64,000 nucleotides of DNA from an uncultured Poribacteria bacterium. GTDB lineage: Bacteria > Poribacteria > WGA-4E > WGA-3G. The notes beneath the pieces are model-generated. The model was not told the DNA's origin. It ran no database searches and saw only the letters and a program-made list of their open reading frames with translations. The DNA lies in the NCBI GenBank assembly GCA_951813565.1, contig OX638351.1, forward strand, positions 3,744,001-3,808,000, in the 5' to 3' direction. The position numbers and the translations under genes were made by a program. Shown here piece after piece: positions 19,464-26,614 of the stretch. Each line of letters opens with the position of its first letter. The stretch's first letter is position 1.

Positions 19464-20331
19464 GTGTATAAGAATGCAACGCCCAATACGGCTACGCGAG
19501 CGTTCGATACTCTAAGAGGTGGTGAGGTTCCCTGAAAAGCGACCACACGGGAACACAACTTTTACAACCACAACAGTCGCTCGAAATCTCGATGGTGAGC
19601 CGTGGGCAGTCTCTTTGGATCCGCGACACCAAACGGAGACGGAACAACACCAACACGGAAAAAGATCGCGTCCATACTCAAGGAGTCGTGGGGAGTTTTC
19701 CAATGCCGAACGACACCAAATGGAAACTCAAATATGTCCGAAACGTCAATCTCAAATTGTTGGAGGGGTTTATAACCCGACAGCATCCTACTTTTGTGGG
19801 AGCGGTTTGTAACCCGATAATATCCCACATCTATTGTGGAAGGGGTTTGTAACCCGATAATATCCCACATCTATTGTGGGAGCGGTTTGTAACCCGATAA
19901 TATCCTACATCTATTGTGGGAGGGGTTTTCAACCCCGATAATATCCTACATCTATTGTGGGAGGGGTTTATAACCCCGATATATGAGATACGTTCTACAT
20001 ACCCACAGGAACATGTCGTTTAAAATCTCACTGGAGTTGCGGAGGTTCAACTGACACTAACGGCCTCAGAAACCGAACCAACCTGATCATAGTATCAAGT
20101 TGACACGTTGTCTCATGGCGCGCTTCACACCCGTGCTGGGAGCAGCCCAATGTCTACTTGAAATATGATGTCTTCCGTAGAAAAGGACCGTTAAAATCTC
20201 AAAGAGTCGTGGCGTTTCTTGAGACACCGCAGCATCTCAAAAACGAACCATCCACGTCAATTGCTGCGAACTCCCAGTCCGTAAAGCTGGAACTCGTGAA
20301 GCTGACTTTGGGCTTTGCATTCCGTTTTTTT
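19464..20331 (+). ncRNA. Putative large structured ncRNA with five repeated pseudoknot modules
   Basis: Promoter upstream; 5' GAATGCAACGCCCAA (19472-19486) pairs with 3' TTGGGCTTTGCATTC (20308-20322), followed by T7; five modules with conserved pairing but different sequences. Confidence 0.75.
19757..19980. repeat. Tandem array of ~40-bp REP-derived units (6 cores)
   Basis: TTGTGGGAGGGGTTTGTAACCCGATAATATCCCACATCTA-like units at 19757, 19794, 19834, 19874, 19914, 19955. Confidence 0.9.
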
Positions 20332-20336
20332 GCGCC

Positions 20337-20548
20337 GATTGCTGCCTTATCTTTCACATTTGTAGGGCGTGGTCTCTGTGCCCCGCTGATTGCTGCCTTA
20401 TCTTTCACATTTGTAGGGCGTGGTCTCTGTGCCCCGCTGATTGCTGCCTTATCTTTCACATTTGTAGGGCGTGGTCTCTGTGCCCCGCCGATTGCTGCCT
20501 TATCTTTCACATTTGTAGGGTGGGGTCTCTGTGCCCCGCTGATTGCTG
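20337..20548. repeat. Tandem array of 51-bp units (4 copies plus a partial)
   Basis: GATTGCTGCCTTATCTTTCACATTTGTAGGGCGTGGTCTCTGTGCCCCGCT at 20337, 20388, 20439, 20490. Confidence 0.95.
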
Positions 20549-20722
20549 ATATGTGCGTAGGTATAAAACTGGGTCAAACCCAACAGGAACAAAAAAACAC
20601 GAAAACACGTCCCATTCCTTATGCTGCTTGTCATTAGCACGTCCATGGGACGTAACAAACGTCCTACTAAACACGCAATAATTACATTGCTATTTTTTGG
20701 TGTTTATGTTAAAATAAATTGC

Positions 20723-20962
20723 ATGGAAAGAAAAGATTTACAGAAGAATAAATCAGAAATGCAAAACGAACTTTTACCCGAATATGATTTAAAAAAGTTA
20801 CGGACCCGAGGGGTAGGTCCTGGGCGCAAATCTTTTGCTGGTAAACCTATAATCAAATTAGAACCTGACGTTGCTGAAGTATTTCCAGATACTGCGGCTG
20901 TAAACGAAGCACTACGATTTCTGATTCGCGTGACAAAAGAAAACAACGCAGCAACGAAATAA
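20723..20962 (+). CDS. Small BrnA-like antitoxin, orphan
   Basis: ELLPEYD...LEPDVAEVFPDTAAVNEALRFL pattern, typical of small antitoxins paired with BrnT-like toxins. Confidence 0.6.
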   Translation: MERKDLQKNKSEMQNELLPEYDLKKLRTRGVGPGRKSFAGKPIIKLEPDVAEVFPDTAAVNEALRFLIRVTKENNAATK

Positions 20963-20984
20963 AATATAACTGTAGGGGAGCAGT

Positions 20985-21803
20985 ATGGGACAAAAAACAC
21001 GACATCTTCTCGGACTTTCAGGAGGAAAAGACAGCTCAGCACTTGCCGTTTACATGCGCGACAGAGTACCAGAGATGGAATACTTTTTTACTGATACCGG
21101 TAAAGAATTGCCAGAGACTTACGAGTTTTTGGACCGCCTTGAAGCATTCCTCGGCAAACCGATCGCACGTCTCAACGTGGAACGCGATTTTGACCATTGG
21201 TTGACGCTGCACGGTGGATTGCTGCCATCGTCTCAAGTCCGTTGGGGCACCATCAAACTGAAAATAAAACCTTTTGAGGCATACGTCGGTGAAGATAAAG
21301 CGTTCCACTACATCGGTATCCGTGCTGACGAAGATCGTGTCGGCTACAAACCGCTGAAAACGACATCCCACCAAAACATTCTCCCCAAATATCCATTCAA
21401 AGAGGATGGCATCACCAAAGAGGACGTTTTCCGCATCCTTGAGGAGAGCGGGCTTGGTTTGCCCGACTATTACAAGTGGCGCACGCGTTCTGGGTGTTAT
21501 TTCTGCTTTTTCCAACGCAAATCCGAATGGGTGGGACTCTTAGAGCAACACCCCGACCTTTTTGAACTTGCCAAAGAGTACGAGAAGTTTAATTCGGAAA
21601 CAGGTGAACGATTCACGTGGAGTCAGGGTAAAAGTTTAGAGGAGTTAGCAGATCCAGAACGGATAGCGCAAATCAAGGTAAATACTGAAAAGGCGAAGGC
21701 ATCTAAGAAAAAGGAAAAACCGAATCGCCGCCTGATAGAGATATTAACCGACGTTCACGATGATGAGGATGACGAGGAACCTTGTCTGATTTGCCATAAA
21801 TGA
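20985..21803 (+). CDS. PAPS-reductase-family protein (SspD/DndC-like)
   Basis: PP-loop LSGGKDS, FTDTGKELPETY, GIRADE, RSGCYFCFFQ, C-terminal CLICHK. Confidence 0.8.
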   Translation: MGQKTRHLLGLSGGKDSSALAVYMRDRVPEMEYFFTDTGKELPETYEFLDRLEAFLGKPIARLNVERDFDHWLTLHGGLLPSSQVRWGTIKLKIKPFEAYVGEDKAFHYIGIRADEDRVGYKPLKTTSHQNILPKYPFKEDGITKEDVFRILEESGLGLPDYYKWRTRSGCYFCFFQRKSEWVGLLEQHPDLFELAKEYEKFNSETGERFTWSQGKSLEELADPERIAQIKVNTEKAKASKKKEKPNRRLIEILTDVHDDEDDEEPCLICHK

Positions 21804-21819
21804 TATTGTGGAAGTTCCA

Positions 21820-22710
21820 ATGGACAAAGAACAAATTCTTGAGAAATTTAACACCTTGCGTCAGTGGGGCAATAAAGGGGAGAGAGCACCACACAAACCC
21901 TTGTTAGTGCTTTACGCCATTGGCAAATTACTACGCGGTGAAGATAGACTTATTTCATACAAGGACGATATTGAGGAGAATCTAAAAAGTTTATTGAGAG
22001 AGTTCGGTCCGAGGCGTAATTCCTATTATGCACATTTCCCTTTTTGGCGATTGCAGAACGATGGAATCTGGGAAGTCACCGATAGCGAAAAAGTAGGTCT
22101 AACAGACAGTAAGGATGCTTACGTAACTGATCTGAGGAACTACAACGTTGCGGGTGGTTTTCATGAGACTATCTCCAAACAACTCCAAAACGATTCTGAA
22201 CTCACGGTTGATATTATTCACAGTCTTTTAGATGCTCATTTCCCCGCATCATTCCATGAGGATATCCTACAGGCAGTTGATATTGAACTGCCACTCCAAG
22301 CGTTTGAGACGAGAACGCGTCCATCCAATTTTCGTATAAACATTCTCAGAGCTTATGAATATAGGTGTGCAATTTGTGGTTTTGATGTAAAATTGGGTGA
22401 TTCGCCTGTTGCGTTAGAAGCATCTCATATCAAATGGCAAAAGGCAGGTGGACCTGATGAAGCTGTGAATGGATTGGCTCTCTGCTCACTCCACCATAAG
22501 CTGTTTGACCGTGGGGCATTCACATTGTCCAAGCAACGACATATTTTGGTATCAGACGATGCACACGGAACAACAGGGTTTCAGGAGTGGCTTATGGACT
22601 TCCACATGAAAAGAATAAAATTGCCGCAAAGACGATCCTATTATCCAGAGGAAGAGTTTATCGGTTGGCACGTCAGAGAGGTGTTTAGAGGGGATTACCG
22701 GGAATTGTAA
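21820..22710 (+). CDS. SBD-HNH phosphorothioate-dependent restriction endonuclease-like protein
   Basis: RAPHKPLL and FPFWRLQNDGIWE (sulfur-binding-domain-like); CAICG...LEASHIKW...NGLALCSLHHKLFD HNH. Confidence 0.8.
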   Translation: MDKEQILEKFNTLRQWGNKGERAPHKPLLVLYAIGKLLRGEDRLISYKDDIEENLKSLLREFGPRRNSYYAHFPFWRLQNDGIWEVTDSEKVGLTDSKDAYVTDLRNYNVAGGFHETISKQLQNDSELTVDIIHSLLDAHFPASFHEDILQAVDIELPLQAFETRTRPSNFRINILRAYEYRCAICGFDVKLGDSPVALEASHIKWQKAGGPDEAVNGLALCSLHHKLFDRGAFTLSKQRHILVSDDAHGTTGFQEWLMDFHMKRIKLPQRRSYYPEEEFIGWHVREVFRGDYREL

Positions 22711-22770
22711 TGCTTGGATTTAGTGTCATAATTATTGTCAACAATAATTGAGCGTACAAGGAGAATCTCA

Positions 22771-23379
22771 ATGAACGAACAAGAAGGCGTTGATTTCCTA
22801 TTAGTGGAACATGCAAAAACCCTTGATTTAATACAACACTATGACAATATTAGAGTCTCCCACATGAGATTTGCGGCCTCCTACCACTCAGTAATCGGCA
22901 CTTTAGTATTTGCTATCTACCGATATTTATACTTTAATGATCAACAGTCAAATGCCGTAACACTTGAAGTGCCAATCTTTCTTGGTAGTTTTCTCATCAT
23001 TTCCTTTTTAGTTGGAATTGCCAGCGTTGCGATGCTTGCTCAAAATAGAAGTTATTTTGTTATAGCAGCAAGACAAGCAAACACTATCAGAGGTGCTTTG
23101 TTTAAACGAGGCAGCCTTGCTTCAAGTATTCAAAGTGTTTTTCCTACGAATCCAGATGAACCTAAAATGTTTAACCCTAAAAGTACACACTTAGTTACGC
23201 TTTTCTTGTTAGGAGTTGTTAACAGCATTTCGTTTGCTTTTGGTATTTTATTTTTTGTTATGGCGGCAAACTTTAGTTTATGGTTGTATTTCTTTCTGCC
23301 TATAACCTGCGGATTAATCGTTCTTATAGGACAGTTTCTTTTGGTCAAATTTGTCTTTTTAAAAGAAAAATCATCATGA
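22771..23379 (+). CDS. Hypothetical multi-TM membrane protein
   Basis: AGGAG RBS; about 4 hydrophobic segments; stop overlaps the next start (ATGA). Confidence 0.75.
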   Translation: MNEQEGVDFLLVEHAKTLDLIQHYDNIRVSHMRFAASYHSVIGTLVFAIYRYLYFNDQQSNAVTLEVPIFLGSFLIISFLVGIASVAMLAQNRSYFVIAARQANTIRGALFKRGSLASSIQSVFPTNPDEPKMFNPKSTHLVTLFLLGVVNSISFAFGILFFVMAANFSLWLYFFLPITCGLIVLIGQFLLVKFVFLKEKSS

Positions 23380-24233
23380 ATTCTAATCTCGAAATTGTTG
23401 TTTGGGATGTCCAGCACGGAAACGCTATTTACATGAAAACTCCTAACGGAAAGCACGTTATGTTTGACATTGGAACAGGAAGTTATGAGGATGGGCAGGA
23501 GTTTAGTCCGTTAAACTATCTAAAAGATGAATGGGATGTAGATTGCTTGCATTATCTTGTGATTTCTCATCCACATGCTGACCATATAAGCGACATAAGC
23601 AATATGTTTGATCTTGAACTCAAACCTAAAGCTTTAACACGTCCCAAAAACATTGATTCAGATCTGATAAGTAATTCTAATCAGGATGAATACTCAGACC
23701 TTGTGGATTTATATTTGGAATTGGACAGGACTTATATCAATCCAGTTTCTAGTGAATCAGATCCTTCAAATCCATCTAACAATGGCGAGGTAGAAATAGT
23801 TTCTTTTTGGCAAGACGAGAGTGGAACGAGCAACCTTAATAACTATAGTATCGTTGCAGTGATAGAATACGCGGGTGAGAAGATTATTATTCCGGGTGAT
23901 ATTGAAGAAGCAGGTTGGAAAGTATTACTAGAACGTGAAGATTTTCAACAAGCTATAGAAGATACTACTATTTTTGTTGCATCCCATCATGGAAGAAAGG
24001 CAGGATATCATAGTAATGTTTTTGATTATTTTGAACCTGATGTCGTGATAGTTTCTGATGGGAGGTATTCTGATACAAGTGTTACCGATAGATATCGGAA
24101 CTATGCTCAAGGCTTTGAGGTAAAAAGCAGAAGCACTGAAGAATCAGAAACGAGATATGTGCTTACGACTCGCAATGATGGAGTAATCTATATTAGAGTT
24201 GAAGATACCAGTAAGGTGATTACAATAAAGTAA
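23376..24233 (+). CDS. ComEC/Rec2-type metallo-beta-lactamase-fold hydrolase
   Basis: DVQHGNA, DIG, SHPHADH, PGD, SHHG motifs; no competence TM domain. Confidence 0.85.
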   Translation: MNSNLEIVVWDVQHGNAIYMKTPNGKHVMFDIGTGSYEDGQEFSPLNYLKDEWDVDCLHYLVISHPHADHISDISNMFDLELKPKALTRPKNIDSDLISNSNQDEYSDLVDLYLELDRTYINPVSSESDPSNPSNNGEVEIVSFWQDESGTSNLNNYSIVAVIEYAGEKIIIPGDIEEAGWKVLLEREDFQQAIEDTTIFVASHHGRKAGYHSNVFDYFEPDVVIVSDGRYSDTSVTDRYRNYAQGFEVKSRSTEESETRYVLTTRNDGVIYIRVEDTSKVITIK

Positions 24234-24473
24234 GGAGCAACGAACATGTAAAGCGAAAATCACTGAAATGCACAAAAGTATTCAAGCTCTTGCTTTATAT
24301 GACACCAAAGATAATTATTTTCTCGGATAATACAAGTTCTGAAATTCTACAACAGAAAAGCGATGACATGCTCCCTCCCAACACTTTCCACTAAGAAAAC
24401 TTCCCTTGACAAACCACCACCCCCTCAAGTATAATCAATAAAAGAATTTGTCCGAAAAGGCATAGCACTGAGC

Positions 24474-25343
24474 ATGGCACAATATGATGAGATCGTGAAG
24501 CATCTGATGGATCGGTTCGCCGATGAGTTCGCCATGCTATCCTTTGGCACGTCCGATGTCCAAGTTTTAGAGACACTTGACACCGAACAACAAACGATTA
24601 AAGTGCATCGCAATGACATGACATATAAGGTGCGATGGCACAATGAGACAGTCCTGCTTCATATAGAGGTGCAAACGGAGGATAGCAGAGATAAACCGAT
24701 GCCGTTGCGCATGCTCGCTTACGCAAGTGAACTCCTGTTACGTCATGAACTTCCTGTGTATTCAGTGGTGATATATCTAAGTCCAAATGCGGGGCAGACC
24801 GACCCGGGCGGTTATCGTTATGGAAATGATGTCTTTGGTTTGCAGTATAAGTATCAGGTGATTCGGTTGGCGGATTTAGATGGTGAATCGTTTTTGGAAG
24901 CAGCATCGGTTGGACTGTTGCCGTTCACGCCTTTAATGAGATCGCCTACGGGCATGAATACGGAAGTATGGTTGCAAAAATGTGTTGAGAAGACAGAGGC
25001 AGCACCAGTTGACGCACAGACGCGTGGAACGCTGTTCTTTGCGCTATCAACGTTGGGCAGCATAGCCCATGACCTTACATTTTTACAAAAACTGATATCG
25101 GAGGAAATGATGCGAGAATCTCCCTTCATTGAACACTTAATGCAGAAAGGTGCCCGTGAAATGGCAATCAAGAATATACAGTCTGTGCTAACAAAACGCT
25201 TTCCACAGAGCAATGTACAACCCATAGAACAGGCACTTGAATCTATTCAAGACATTGATCACTTGACAGCGCTGCATCTCACGGCAATTGACACACCGAG
25301 TGTTACAGCATTCTTACAGGAATTGAACGGATCGGAAGTGTAA
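24474..25343 (+). CDS. Rpn-family recombination-promoting nuclease / putative transposase (PD-(D/E)XK)
   Basis: YDEIVKHL, LLHIEVQT, MPLRMLAY; promoter TTGACA-N18-TATAAT at 24406-24435. Confidence 0.85.
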   Translation: MAQYDEIVKHLMDRFADEFAMLSFGTSDVQVLETLDTEQQTIKVHRNDMTYKVRWHNETVLLHIEVQTEDSRDKPMPLRMLAYASELLLRHELPVYSVVIYLSPNAGQTDPGGYRYGNDVFGLQYKYQVIRLADLDGESFLEAASVGLLPFTPLMRSPTGMNTEVWLQKCVEKTEAAPVDAQTRGTLFFALSTLGSIAHDLTFLQKLISEEMMRESPFIEHLMQKGAREMAIKNIQSVLTKRFPQSNVQPIEQALESIQDIDHLTALHLTAIDTPSVTAFLQELNGSEV

Positions 25344-25401
25344 ACCATAATCTGTCCGAGTTATCTCTGGCAATTATCAAAACAAAGGATCGGAAACACC
25401 G

Positions 25402-26337
25402 ATGCAGCAGCCCAAAGTCACCGTCCTCGGCAGTGTAAACGTTGACCTTGTGATACGCGCTGAACGGATGCCAAACAGAGGCGAAACCCTCATCGGAGAA
25501 ACGTTTGACATCTTCACAGGTGGCAAAGGCTTCAATCAGGCGACAGCCGCTGCCCGATTAGGCGCAGACGTCACGCTTATCGGCAGAATAGGCGATGACC
25601 CGTTTGCTGATGTCCTACGATCCGCAATAGAATCCGAACATATTGACAGCCGATTTGTCAAAACCGATGCAGAGAACGGTACCGGTATCGCAACCATCGT
25701 TGTTGAACCGGATGGCGACAACAGCATCATCGTTGTGCCACGCGCCAATATGCAGCTCACATCAAAAGACATAATAGACGCAGCAGATAGCATTGCAGAA
25801 GCAGACGTTCTACTGCTACAATTAGAAACACCGATAGAGGCATCACAAACAGCAATAAACATTGCTAAAGCAAACGATACAATAGTCATACTTGATCCTG
25901 CACCAGCGCGTCCACTACCGCAGAGTCTGTTAGCACAGGTGGACATTCTCACACCGAACGCAACGGAGGCGGCACTACTATCGGGACATACTGTAAACAC
26001 ACTTGAAGCAGGAATCGTTACAGCAGAAACATTACAATCGCAGATAGCAACAGACGGACATTCTGCTGTTGTGCTAACATTTGGAGAACAAGGGGTCCTG
26101 CTTTGCACACCAACGCAATCCACACACATACCAGCAATATCGGTTGATGCAGTGGACACAACCGGTGCGGGAGATGCGTTCAGTGGTGCGTTGGCAACGG
26201 CACTCGCAAATGGAAATGATCTATCTGAGGCAGTGAGGTTTGCCACAGCAGCAGGTGCAGCCGCAGCCACAGTGCTCGGTGCAACACCTTCAATGCCGAC
26301 TCACGAGAAAATTGAGGCAATCCTTTCAGAAGGGTAA
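25402..26337 (+). CDS. rbsK: Ribokinase
   Basis: GSVNVD, GGKGFNQA, LLQLE, DTTGAGDAF PfkB motifs. Confidence 0.9.
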   Translation: MQQPKVTVLGSVNVDLVIRAERMPNRGETLIGETFDIFTGGKGFNQATAAARLGADVTLIGRIGDDPFADVLRSAIESEHIDSRFVKTDAENGTGIATIVVEPDGDNSIIVVPRANMQLTSKDIIDAADSIAEADVLLLQLETPIEASQTAINIAKANDTIVILDPAPARPLPQSLLAQVDILTPNATEAALLSGHTVNTLEAGIVTAETLQSQIATDGHSAVVLTFGEQGVLLCTPTQSTHIPAISVDAVDTTGAGDAFSGALATALANGNDLSEAVRFATAAGAAAATVLGATPSMPTHEKIEAILSEG

Positions 26338-26386
26338 ACATAACGACAGAAACAGAAATTTTGATTTTCTGCCCAAACCTCTTCTT

Positions 26387-26566
26387 GTAGGAGCGACCTC
26401 CTGGTCGCGACCCGACAAATCATGCAGCATGCCATACGGGGAATGCCATAAGGCATTCATACCGTTGATTTGGCGCATGCTGCCAAGCGCATTTGGCGTT
26501 GATTCGAGGTCGCTCCTACAGAATATAAGAGGTGCTAAATGCATAGGCGCATTTGGCGTTGATTTG
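26387..26566. repeat. REP cluster
   Basis: TGTAGGAGCGACCTC / GAGGTCGCTCCTACA inverted pair and repeated GCGCATTTGGCGTTGATT. Confidence 0.7.
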
Positions 26567-26614
26567 GAACACGTTCAAAGGTATAAATTAACTGCAGACA
26601 CGTAGGAGAAAAAA

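Noticed and set aside
19512..19870. Short ORFs overlapping the structured region
   Set aside because: Mutually overlapping, no recognisable motifs, and they end or begin inside the repeat array
19757..19980. CRISPR array
   Set aside because: Intervening segments are near-identical rather than unique spacers, the unit matches a dispersed REP, and there are no cas genes in the window
19464..20331. tmRNA, 6S, RNase P, SRP or self-splicing intron
   Set aside because: No tRNA-like acceptor/T-arm-CCA, no GAGGAAAGTCC, no SRP core, no convincing intron core and no interrupted host gene; a formal Rfam check is still needed
20337..20548. CRISPR array or repeat protein (ORFs 20158-20637 and 20199-20510)
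   Set aside because: Head-to-tail units with no spacers; the ORFs stay open only because the unit is 51 bp
25536..26270. 244-aa antisense ORF
   Set aside because: Mirror frame of ribokinase
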